A DNA stretch of 64,000 bases, taken from NCBI RefSeq assembly GCF_963676685.1, contig NC_092351.1, positions 54,126,001 to 54,190,000 of the forward strand, given 5' to 3'. The translations under genes and the position numbers were made by a program. The stretch comes from Mytilus edulis. Its lineage: Eukaryota. This document shows positions 53,301-64,000 of the stretch, piece by piece. The notes beneath the pieces were generated by a model, which ran no database searches, had not been told where the DNA came from, and was given only the letters and a program-made list of their open reading frames with translations. Positions within the stretch are counted from its first letter, which is position 1. Each line of letters opens with the position of its first letter.

Positions 53301-54543
53301 AAAATTATATTTAACTTTAATTTAACACTAATGTCATACGAGCAAGAAACAAACAAATCGATATAATAAATCTAAATTAACTAATGTTAAAGCACAGAGC
53401 TTGATATATTTTGTGGAAGTTATAACTGTTTAAACAATACATCCTGTCCTGCTTCGTCTGATTTGTATCGTTTTTTTAAATCTTGGTTCAGTTTGACTGT
53501 AGTCAATTTGATCTTTAATTGTTTTCCTGATTCACTAACACACATGATTATTGTGATTAGCTCAAATTCTTTTTTTGTATTCCTATTTATTTTCTCATTC
53601 AAGGCCATTTTTACAAGGTAATCAGTTGTTGATGTTTCTACTTAATTGGCCTACATGCAACAGCGAACACACGTTTAAGCATGAACGTGATTAAATCTCA
53701 TTTCAGAATTGATACGAGTAAATCGGTAATATATGTAAGAATCATTGGCGCTGTTCAATATAAATGAACCATGCTTAAAAAGTCAAATGAACCACTTTTA
53801 CTTGGCTCTTTGAAGTACATCACAATTGTGATACTTGATATAATGTAATCGAGGATGTGATTTAAGTTGAAAATGAACGGAATGTAAGTATAATATTTGT
53901 CCTTTTGATTCGTCGTCAGATTACGAGATATATAGACGATACATCGACTTGAACAGAGATTTTGTTAATTTTAGTGCACAGTCTTGAATTTTTATTGACT
54001 GAACTGAAAACACACATTTTTGCAAAAGTTGTTGTCTTCCAAATGTCCGTTACCCAGATTCACAGAATGAAGTTTCACATCATGTTTTGATGTATCTGTC
54101 TTTAAAATTGGCACAAAACTTTCTTTAATTGTGAAAAGTAAAATGCAAAACTGTATATTTATCTAAGTAAGAGAAATATGTATTCAGAACTTGTGATAAT
54201 TTTTCAGGTGTAATTCACACAAACCAAATAGAAAGAATATTTCTCAACCAAAAACATAAAATTATTCCTCAATCAATTGCTCATTTTTATAACCGACGAT
54301 TCAGAATCGGATGCATGTTTTACATCAAGTCAAAAGGAGTTAAGTGAAATATTCTCATCTCCCCCCTCGTTTCATACAACAATAGCATTTTTGTATATTC
54401 CACTTAACACAAAGGATATAGTTTTAATATTGTATTTTTACAATCGGATCTAAAAAAAAACATTTAAACTGTTTAATCGAAATACATTTACTTGAAATAT
54501 GTTTGACAGTCTTTTAAAAGTTGTTAAACTGAATTCACAAATA

Positions 54544-54690
54544 TCACAACAAGTTCATAAGAGTCATTCTCTTTGCAAAAGAATTAAATCTATGATCCGG
54601 TGATACTTCAATTGACTGCATGAATGCTTGTCGGGCGGATTCGTTGTCTCCTGATACATTTAAACCAATACCAATAATGTTATATATCAA
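54544..54690 (-). pseudogene. cGLR C-terminal remnant (last ~48 codons)
   Basis: Translates as LIYNIIGIGLNVSGDNESARQAFMQSIEVSPDHRFNSFAKRMTLMNLL*, matching the paralog C-termini. The rest of the gene is absent and no acceptor is visible upstream. Confidence 0.9.
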
Positions 54691-55096
54691 ATATGTTAAA
54701 ATAAATGAATTAATGATATTACAGAATTTACAACTTTAGTATATAACATACCTGTCATCGTTGTTGATCTGTTACGGTTAATGTAAAAATCTATGTTTCC
54801 CGTTTTATCTGCAATAGTTTGCTATTCTATATAAATATTACTATACCACCTACACATTACTTATGGCTGTAGTTTATAATTAATGACACGTATTTGTCAT
54901 CGGATAAGTTGATCATTTCCGCATCTATTATACATTTATAAGTAGAAGTCAAAGGTTAAACAATAATTTGAAAATAAACGGTAATAGAATGAAGGTTGGG
55001 GTAAAATGGAGGGAAAATGCGTCATGAATATTTATTTTTGGAAAATGATATCAAGAATGGTTCCAATGTACAACAATTAATATGTTTTTTTGTTAA

Positions 55097-56320
55097 GGGT
55101 CATCCATAATTGTCAACCATTTTCCAAAGTGTACAAAACATACACTTTTTCAGACCCCTCACCCTCCCTCAAAAAGTGTACATCAACCATTTTCAGATTT
55201 CAAGAGAAGAATCAATCATTCTTAATAAAAAGAAGATATCCTGTCTATTATATTTTAGATTAATATAGAAATTTGCATTGAAAAAAAACTAAAACATATC
55301 TGACTTTTTATTTGATGACATATATCTGTGATGCTTGTGTTTTGTCAGAATAAAGAATACAAAGATAAGTGTTTCCCCTATCACACAGTGGGAATGGTAA
55401 CTCCAATAAAAAGGGCACCTAGAGCATGCAAAAGATTAACAAAAGGGCACATAAATTATGCTAAGAATCTACGAAAGGAAATGGTTATATTGCATTTGTA
55501 AAGTATGGACTGACAGTTCTTGATGGAATCAGAGCTCAAGACAGCAATCAATAAAAGTGTAATGTTTTATTTAAAAATATTTTGAGTTTTTAAATTTCCC
55601 ACCGGTATTTTTATTTAAAAGGTCCCTGTAAATATGCCATTCATGGCACTATTATCGTTTGTGTATATATACTGTAACGTGCACATCTATTGGATATTTT
55701 TTAAGTTAAGGTTAAACTTCACATGAAGGTGCTCCTAATGAATGGAGGCTTATGCTAAGAAAAATAAGTTTACTTCCGGTTTACTGGTTTACTATTTTGG
55801 AATGCATTATGGACAAGGAAATTAATCAAAGGACCAGTTTAAAATCTTTTCACAAAATGGCGTCTTGTCAAAATCAAAACATTCAAAGAATTTAGTGTTT
55901 CCATCGATTTTGTTTATTAAACAGAGTTAAACGATAACGATCTATAATAAATCAGGTGAAATTGACAATCAGGGGTACTGAGAAATGCTTGCAAACTTTT
56001 TATTTAAATAATTTACTAGTTCACATTTTTGAAAGATTTAGTTTTTATAATTGATTTGATCTTTTAATCGTTAAATCCCGATTGCGTAGACTTATGATAT
56101 CGAAATAAATATCATCAAGTGAAAATAATAAAGAAGAAATAAGAAGAGAAACACACCCAAGCCAATTATCGATTTTATAAATCGACTTTCCCTACGGAAA
56201 CCATATAAATTCCGGAAATTAAAAAAAATGTACGGTAAAAATGTTGATTTTTTAACCCCCCTTCCCCCAATTGTACGTTTTGTACACTTTGGAAAATGGT
56301 TGACAATTATGGATGACCCC
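55097..56320. mobile_element. PIF/Harbinger-like MITE
   Basis: ~45-bp TIR GGGTCATCCATAATTGTCAACCATTTTCCAAAGTGTACAAAAC with a TAA TSD. The empty site gttaagtagata is seen at 29574-29585. Confidence 0.85.
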
Positions 56321-57988
56321 TAAGTAGATAGACATGTAAAAGTCACCCAAAATGTTATTCACAGAACAATCAATAATCTGATTGACCGCAGATGCTAATT
56401 TTTTATATCTATTTCAAAGAAATGACACAAAAACCGTTGCAAAAAGTTTCACAATTACCAAACAAAACAAAAAGGTAAACAGTTTTTTGTTTGAAGTATA
56501 ATTGAATAAAGTCAATGTGAAATTAAAAGGATACACACACTACAGTTGTTTAAAGTACCAAACTGCATAGAAAAGGTTAGGTAACTTCTGCATTGTTAGC
56601 GATAAATGGCCACAATTCGGTATTCAGTTATGAAGTATAACCGCTAAATAGAATTTTTAAACTTATAATATTGATTTATATCTCGATACGTAATGACAAA
56701 AGGTTGAATGTGGTATTTCAATGATGTTATACAAATGTTGACATTGAAATATTTGACCAAGCTTTGTCACTTCACAGATAATTAGCATGAGTCAAGGATT
56801 TACACAATAAGATAAGATACATATTAACATCTGTACGAAATACATTTTGTGGTAAAATATCTTAATTGGGAAAATCCAAGATCCTAAAACATAACAAATT
56901 TAAAGAATAAGCAGAAGAAAAAACAGTCAACAACATTACCGAAAAAGGTGAACAGATAAGAAACATACCACAAAACAATGTGTTTCAATTTAAACTGTAG
57001 AGCAGAGCATTTGCTTTTGGCAATCAGTGTTTGCAGTTAAGATTGAAGAACACATTAAAATGTGAATATGAAAAAAAAAGATTTTTTCGAAAGGTCGTCA
57101 TATCTTAAATAAAGAGTAAATTTTAACGCTTATTATATATAAACAGATACACAAGAATCACCAAAAATACACTGAAAAGTATCAAAAACCACGAAAGCAA
57201 CACCCAATTGATTTTGAAAACCAAATATAAAAATACAAACAACGTACAACTAACATATAAGCTGTAAAATCGAATGAATGCATATTAGATAACTCTTAGA
57301 TAAAATGACACCAAAATTAGCATTTATAGGTCGCCGTACGACCTTCAACAAAGAACAAAGCCAATACAACATAATCAGTTTTAAAAGGCCACCGAAAGGA
57401 CAAATGTAAAACAATTAATACGAGAAAGCTAAAAAGAAGTATAGGATACAAAATAGTGAACGGAAACAAATATGTAACACAGTAACAGACGACAACCAAT
57501 GAATTACAGGTTCCTGATTTGGGACAGACACATACAGAATGTAGCGGGGTTACATTAATGCCAACCCCACTCCTAACCTGAGACAGTGGTATAACAGTAC
57601 AACCTTATGAAAACAATCACTAAATCTTGAGCATACATATTCAGTCCATATAACATGAGATGGTAACTGTTCAAAACATGATGCGTTTTAACCTATATTA
57701 CATGTGCACAAACATCATTGTTTGCATAATTAAACTACTCGTGGTTTAACTATAACACACAAAACAGAAAAGACTCACAGTAAAAGCTAAAAACTAGATG
57801 ACAACAAACTAGGAGGAAAAAAATGAAAAGGCAAATTATTTAACATATAAATAAGAACCAGGTGTGTTGAGCATGTTGAGTATTGCTTACTTCTTGCACA
57901 CTTTTTATCTTCAACTTTCAATTTTTAATTTAATATAATTAACACAAAGATGAAGACATAGTTTAACAATGTATATATGTACATGTAT

Positions 57989-58030
57989 AGTTTTGAATTT
58001 CCTTTTGACAGGAAGTCTTCACTTTCACTT
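57989..58030 (-). promoter_or_regulatory. IRF-E cluster (block X copy 3)
   Basis: TTCACTTTCACTT (AAGTGAAAGTGAA on the minus strand) is retained in the most diverged copy. Confidence 0.5.
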
Positions 58031-58461
58031 AAGTTCATACTTAATATACTTGTATCAATATCCTTTCACGATAAGTGATATGAAAAGCGATTTTGCTTTT
58101 GGCAAGGTATTTTTTGTCGACAAAAATTAAATGTTCTCATATACATTTTTATACGATTTATTGATTGATTATTGTTTGTAAAGTTGGGCATTTTATAGAA
58201 CAATTTCGGCATTTAAAACAAAAAAACACACGCACATACATACACACACACCCTTCCCCTACACTTATGTATATTCACGATACATTTTTGAAACAAGAAC
58301 ATAAAATATCAGAACTAATAGGTAGGATTGAATCAAACGGGACGAAGAGCAAGGAAAAAGGAATGTCAGTCGAAAGAGGGTAATATGGATAAGGACAGAC
58401 ATTAACCCTTGGACCAAGCTTCAAATGAACCATTAAAAAGTTATGGCGAGAGTTCTTTAAA

Positions 58462-58630
58462 TAAGAGGGACGAAAGATACCAGAGGGAGAGTCAAACTCA
58501 TATGTTGAAAAAAAAACTGACAACGACATGGCTAAATGAAAAGACAAACAGACAAATTATAGTACAGAAAACACAGCATAGAAAACAAAACACTAAGCAA
58601 CACAAACCGCACCAACATTTGAGTGATCTT
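58462..58630 (-). mobile_element. PLE 3' tail fragment
   Basis: gggacgaaagataccagagggagagtcaaactcat, same family as 39362-39765. Confidence 0.75.
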
Positions 58631-59468
58631 AGTGATCTTAATGTGCAGAGAACGTAGCAATTCTTCATAGTTAAGCATCGAAATCCCATTCCCCTTTCTA
58701 ATCGTTTTGGCTTCGAGTTAATACATCGCAAACAGCTAAACTGATGTTTCACTTTGCCAGGTGGTTTACTGTCGATTGGAAGATACGCATACTAATACTG
58801 ACTGTATTTCTGTATACATTTCAAATGCATTTACATCTTCACCTGACTGAAAAGACGCCTCAGATCGTTTTAAAAATGGTAAAAACATTGGGATCAAAAT
58901 CAGAATCATATTCAAGTATAACGAAGGGTATGACATCTTCCATCGTTACGTAATTCTTAAGTGTTTAATTTCGTTATAATCTCTCCCGATTAAAACATGT
59001 CCCTTAATGTCCATCATTGTTCATACAAGGTTTATTGACAGACGGATGAACGTAATGACGTATGGACAAGATAGTCGAAATAAATTTCATCTTTGTGATG
59101 TAGTGCACAATGGATTGTGTAATTATCTTGAGATTTCGTGCATATTCACGATAATAATATATGTGTGTTAGCATGTCTGTTATTAAGATATTAGCGTAGA
59201 AGTACAAGAAAGTCAAGAGAATCAGAAAAACTAGGGTCTCTCAAGAGCCTGTGTCGCTCACCTGCATCTACTGTGGTTAGGAAATCATGTTAAAAATGAT
59301 TTTAATCATAAGAAGTAGTTTCATTTACCCTTATAATTATTGAGGCCAAGTTTGGTTCAATTTGGCCTAATAGTAAAATTAAAAGCAATAGATTTTTGAG
59401 GAAAAAAAATTAAGAAAAATTGTTTAAAATTTACTTTAAAGGGGAATAACTCCGTAGAGGATAAATTA

Positions 59469-59635
59469 GGAGATAACTGTATTGTATTTTAAGCTCCGAC
59501 GGCATCAATTGGGGATTTGATGGTCGCAAATTAAGTTTACTGGCGACGCGTTTGCGGAGACAGTAAACGGGTATTTGCGACCATCAAATCCCAAATTGAT
59601 GCCGTCGGAGCTTAAAATACAATATTGTTATCTCC
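59469..59635. repeat. Long near-perfect palindrome/hairpin
   Basis: 63-bp arms with 3 mismatches, plus an inner 8-bp stem gtttactg/cagtaaac. Confidence 0.95.
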
Positions 59636-59917
59636 ATTCTAATGAAACTGACAGAAAACAACGTTAAAACATGTTTTTAAAATCTGTCATATGCCGTCAC
59701 CGCTTGCGCGTACGTCCCATAGCATCAATTGTCAATTGATGCCATGTAAGAAAGTGACGTTATCCAATCAAAATGAACGTTACAAACGTTGTTGCATTAG
59801 AATTGCCAATGTTAGTTATGTTGACTTACTCCGCATCAGATTTGCTACAAATACTTTACTTTCAGAGATAATAGCCATTTTACCCATATGATCTATTTTT
59901 AATATAAAAAACATTAT

Positions 59918-61207
59918 TTGCAATGTCTCACTACAGAGCTTGGAATTGATCAAACTACTGGTAATCCTACATATTCTTTAACATCATTTACCAAGGATGA
60001 AATTTTACAAAATCATAAATCTGTCCTTCTTTCTTTTGGTATCAACATCAAAGAAAACGAAGAAAACTTGCCCTCATTATACTGGATACCTAAATTACAC
60101 AAAACTCCATATAAAGAACGATACATAGCTGGGTCTTCAAAATGTTCGACTAAACATCTTTCTAAAGTATTGACTACTATTCTTTCTACAGTTAAAGATG
60201 GGCTTCAAAAATATTGTGAGGAGATATATTCTACCAGTGGTGTTAACCAGATGTGGATTCTCAAAAATTCGAAAGATCTACTGCTTAACCTTCGATCACA
60301 ATCTTTGCAATTTTGCAGCAACATAAAAACTTTTGATTTTTCTACGCTATATACTACTATTCCCCATGCTCAGTTGAAAGATCGACTTCACCAACTCATA
60401 AAACAGAGCTTTTTCTATAAAAATGGGAATCGTAGATACAAATTTCTTGTTTTGGGATACAATACTTCATATTTTGTGAAGAATCACACTGAATCTTCCA
60501 GAAAATATACTGAAGATGATATTATTAAAATGCTGGACTTTTTGATCGACAATATATTTGTTGAGTTTGGAGGATTTATATTTCAACAGACAGTCGGTAT
60601 TCCAATGGGTACTAATTGTGCACCCCTGCTGGCTGATTTGTTTTTGTATTCGTATGAAGCAGAATTTATTCAGAACCTTCTAAAAGACAAAAAGAAAAAG
60701 CACCTTGCGAAATTCTTTAATTTTACTTTTCGATATATTGATGATGTTTTATCGTTGAACAACCCATACTTCAGCCAATACTTACATCTCATATATCCCA
60801 GTGAACTTGAAATTAAGGATACTACTGATACTAGAAGGACTGCTTCATACCTTGATCTTTTCCTCAATATTGACGTAGATGGACGACTTCACACAAAAAT
60901 CTATGATAAACGGGACGATTTCAACTTCCCAATTATCAATTTCCCATTTCTCAGCAGTAACATACCCTCTGCCCCTTCGTATGGTGTTTACATATCACAA
61001 TTGATACGTTATTCACGTGCTTGTTCACACTATACGGACTTCATATACAGGAGTGTGCTCCTTACGCAGAAACTGCTCCAACAAAGTTATGAGGAGGACA
61101 GATTAAAATTGACACTCCGTAAATTTTATGGACACCATCACGAATTGGTTGATCATTATAATGTCTCTTTAACCAAACTAGCTAAGGACATTTTTACCAC
61201 ATGGTAG
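59918..61207 (+). CDS. PLE reverse transcriptase (N-terminally truncated)
   Basis: YWIPKLHKTP, FDFSTLYTTIPH, GIPMGTNCAP, FRYIDDVL and YLDL motifs, with no stops. Confidence 0.9.
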   Translation: MQCLTTELGIDQTTGNPTYSLTSFTKDEILQNHKSVLLSFGINIKENEENLPSLYWIPKLHKTPYKERYIAGSSKCSTKHLSKVLTTILSTVKDGLQKYCEEIYSTSGVNQMWILKNSKDLLLNLRSQSLQFCSNIKTFDFSTLYTTIPHAQLKDRLHQLIKQSFFYKNGNRRYKFLVLGYNTSYFVKNHTESSRKYTEDDIIKMLDFLIDNIFVEFGGFIFQQTVGIPMGTNCAPLLADLFLYSYEAEFIQNLLKDKKKKHLAKFFNFTFRYIDDVLSLNNPYFSQYLHLIYPSELEIKDTTDTRRTASYLDLFLNIDVDGRLHTKIYDKRDDFNFPIINFPFLSSNIPSAPSYGVYISQLIRYSRACSHYTDFIYRSVLLTQKLLQQSYEEDRLKLTLRKFYGHHHELVDHYNVSLTKLAKDIFTTW

Positions 61208-61798
61208 ATTGTGGTTTGTCATTATGTCGTCTAATCTTTTAATTACCAAACGTGACTTATTCCCGATTGTGACCGTTTTGCTGAATGTGAATTCGCATTA
61301 CTATAAGACGTGTTTCTGTACTTGTTTATCCCAAATTCATGTATTTAGTTTACATGTTTAATGTTATATTTGTAATTCTCATCAGATTTTGTCAAATGTG
61401 TTGACGTCTTCTTATTATATATTTAGGTATGACGTATAGAAAAATTAACCACCTCCTCTTTATTAATTATATTAAATTTTGTACGATTATTTACGTTTGA
61501 AGTTGGATTCATAACAAACTGGACATATATATATTACAGTTAATTGCTATTAATAAGTATTGCAATATGCATTTTGTTTAAATGAATTATCAGTATTTAG
61601 TTCTAAATCAATCCTAATTCTATCTCATTTTTGAATGATAGTTTTTCATATGTGACGTCATGCTGTTTCTAAATTTCATAAATTCAAATGTGGCATAACG
61701 TTTCTGCCTTTTCGCCATCGTATGTGACGTCACAATTTTTTTAATTACGTTGACGCTTGGACTGATTCGGATGTGTGTCTATTTTGTGATAAACTTGG

Positions 61799-62270
61799 GT
61801 TTAGTTTTCTGTAATTAGTTAATATTTCAGTTTCATTATGTATATCTCTTTCATATTCATTTGTTAACATTTACTGTTTGCAATAGCATTAAGTATTCTA
61901 TATAATAAGGATGTTCTTATCCCGTGCATAAAAACAATGCCGTATTTGTCAAAACCTTTTCAACTTTTAATCTTCAGTGCTGTACAACTTTGTACCTTTT
62001 TCACGTTCGATCTTTTATATCTAGGCGTTATGTATTCAGGTTTAGTTTTCTGTAATTAGTTAATACTTTAGTTTCTTTGTGTATATCTCTTTCATATTCA
62101 TTTGATAAAATTTACTGTTTGCAATAGCATGAATTGTTCTATATAATAAGAATGTTCTTATCCCGGGCATAAAAACAATGCCGTATTTTGCGAAACCTTT
62201 TCAACTTTTGATCTTCAGTGCTGTACAACTTTGTACTTTTTTCACTTTCGATCTTTTATATCTGGGCGTC
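61799..62270 (+). repeat. Tandem ~240-bp duplication in the PLE 3' region
   Basis: Units begin g(g)tttagttttctgtaattagttaata at ~61799 and ~62039. Confidence 0.9.
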
Positions 62271-62310
62271 ACTGGTGAGTCTTGTGTGGGCAAGGCGCGT
62301 TTTTGGCGTA
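62263..62310 (+). ncRNA. Degenerate hammerhead ribozyme motif in the PLE 3' region
   Basis: Ungapped 48-nt alignment to the 985-1032 motif, and ~250 bp of flank is also homologous. The core is destroyed (CUGGUGA, AAGG). Confidence 0.7.
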
Positions 62311-62869
62311 TTGAATTTTAAACCTGATGCTTTTTGTTATCTATTAATCATGTTTTTCTGTGTCTTATATGTTCTCCTATTTATTTGTATTGTAGTCCTG
62401 TAATATTATGTTGTCATTTCAATGTTATATTTAACTTTGCCATTAAAGTGCGAGGTTTGGCATGCCTTAAAACCAGGTTCAACCCACCACTTTTATTCCC
62501 CTTTAAAAGTGTCCTGTACCAAGTCAGGAAGATGGTCATTGTTATATATTGTTCGTTTCTCTTTGTGTTGCATTTTAACGTTGAGTCGTTTGTGTTTTCT
62601 CTTATTTTTGAGATATTGAGATAAGACGTGGCACGGTACTTGTCTATCCCAAATTCATGTATTTGGTTTTCATGTTACATTTGTTATTCTCGTGGTGTTT
62701 TGTCTGATGATTGGTCTGTTTCTGTGTGTGTTGCGTTTCGATGTTGTGTCGTTGTTCTCCTCTTATATTTAATGCGTTTCGCTCGGTTTTGGTTTGTTAC
62801 CCCGATTTTGTTTTTTGTCCATGGATTTATGAGTTTTGAACAGCGGTATACTACTGTTGCCTTTATTTA

Positions 62870-63560
62870 GCCATGTCAGCCATTTTGGTTGAGATGCAGG
62901 GTCGTCGGGCACATTTTTACATCTAGATACCCTAATGATGATCGTGGCTAAGTTTGGTAAAATTTGTTTCAAAAGTTTCAGAGAAGACGATTTTTGTAAA
63001 CAATTACGAAAATATATTAAAAACTTACCTAAAAGACCAATATTTACTTAAGGGGTTAATTGAAAATTTGATCATGTCAACTACTTTGTAGATCTTACTT
63101 TGCTGAACATTAATGCTATTTATTAATTATCTCTTACTCATGTGTTACTATAATATTTAAAATATTAACCAAAAACTGCCAAATTTCCTTTGAATTACCT
63201 ATTCAGGGGCAGCTACCCAACAACAGGTTGTCTAATTCGTATGAAAATTACAGTGCAGGTAGATCTTGATTTGATAAACATGTTTGCCCTTTTTCAGATT
63301 TGCTCCAAATGCTTTAGTTTCAGAAATAAAAGCAAAAAACTGCATTTTACCCCTATGTTCTTTTACCATGTCAGCTATGTTGGTTGACAGTAGGGGTCAA
63401 CAAACTCATTATTTATTCAAGATACCCTTATAATAATTGTGGCCAAGTTTGATATTAAATTTGGCCCAGTAGTTTCAGAGCAGAAGATTTTGTAAAAAAA
63501 ATTATGACGGACGACGACGACGCGTTGGAAGACTGACACCAAGTGACGAGGCCAGGTGAG
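62870..63560. mobile_element. HINE-like element, distal part (proximal part ~59230-59460)
   Basis: Tandem subunits with aagtttgg..aaatttg..agtttcagag.agaaga, a (gac)n microsatellite, and gccaggtgag complementary to ctcacctg at 59257. Split by nested insertions. Confidence 0.6.
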
Positions 63561-64000
63561 GTGAACAAATTGCAAAAGTATCGATCTCTAAGTTAAATCT
63601 ACAAAGGGAAAGTATAAGCACTGACAATATTATCATGAGACAAAGAACATACCACAAACACGGGGTTTTATTTTAATCATGAAACGAAACGTTTGCATTA
63701 CTGCTAAACGGTAGTAGTTGATTGCAACAATGAAAAGCTAAATTTACAAATATCGGAAATCCTTCAGTCAAAATTGCATGGTAAGAACAAACATAGAATT
63801 CATCTTCTTTCGTATGTATCAAATCAAACATGTCGTTTGCACTTTGTATTTTGTATTTGAAGAGTTTACGTCGTTTTATTATATACGAAAGCCGGAAAAT
63901 AATATTTCTTATTAACAAACGAAGCTAACTTTACTTTGCACCCACATCATCTAATTATTTATATTTCCCTTTCACATGATCTTGAAACATCGTCGTAAGT

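Larger units (their letters stand above)
54720..58930. repeat. Segmental duplication block X, older partial copy 3 (resumes at ~63880-64000)
   Basis: Shared anchors such as tataacatacctgtcatcgt, ccacctacacattacttatggctgta and cacaagaatcaccaaaaat. More diverged than copies 1 and 2. Confidence 0.88.
59905..62869 (+). mobile_element. 5'-truncated Penelope-like retroelement (Naiad-like) with long 3' region
   Basis: Intact 429-aa RT ORF at 59918-61207. The 3' region contains a tandem 240-bp unit and a degenerate hammerhead, and ends at cagcggtatactactgttgcctttattta. That the whole 3' region belongs to one element is inferred. Confidence 0.8.

Noticed and set aside
53420-54140. Possible decayed P-loop NTPase (KTTTFAK/FCKNVCF-like words on the minus strand)
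   Set aside because: It needs several frameshifts and has no intact Walker A motif, so it cannot be supported without a translated search.
63681-63690. Isolated GAAACGAAAC ISRE-like word
   Set aside because: A single short match that is not retained at the apparently corresponding position of copy 1 (atgatacgaaacg, ~7470). It could arise by chance.

Overview
AT-rich eukaryotic, intron-containing DNA. The repeat content and gene family suggest a bivalve mollusc, Mytilus-like (inference). The window is a tandem birth-and-death cluster of cGAS/Mab-21-like nucleotidyltransferase receptor (cGLR) genes, each fused to a C-terminal TPR-like helical domain. Three near-full-length minus-strand copies each sit on one large coding exon (11199-13131, with a frameshift near its 5' end; 23135-25098; 47757-49735). 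At least six pseudogene fragments are present, two of them in antisense orientation. A ~6.6 kb upstream block occurs three times and carries a conserved ISRE/IRF plus kB-like motif cluster next to a conserved minus-strand splice donor. A separate tandem ISRE pair lies upstream of the first gene. The remainder is densely nested mobile DNA: Penelope-like retroelements (two Naiad-like and one of another lineage), hammerhead ribozyme motifs, a solo LTR, TTAA/TAA MITEs, HINE-like elements, a Kolobok-like transposase remnant and several long palindromic hairpins. All alignments were done by eye and no database searches were run.
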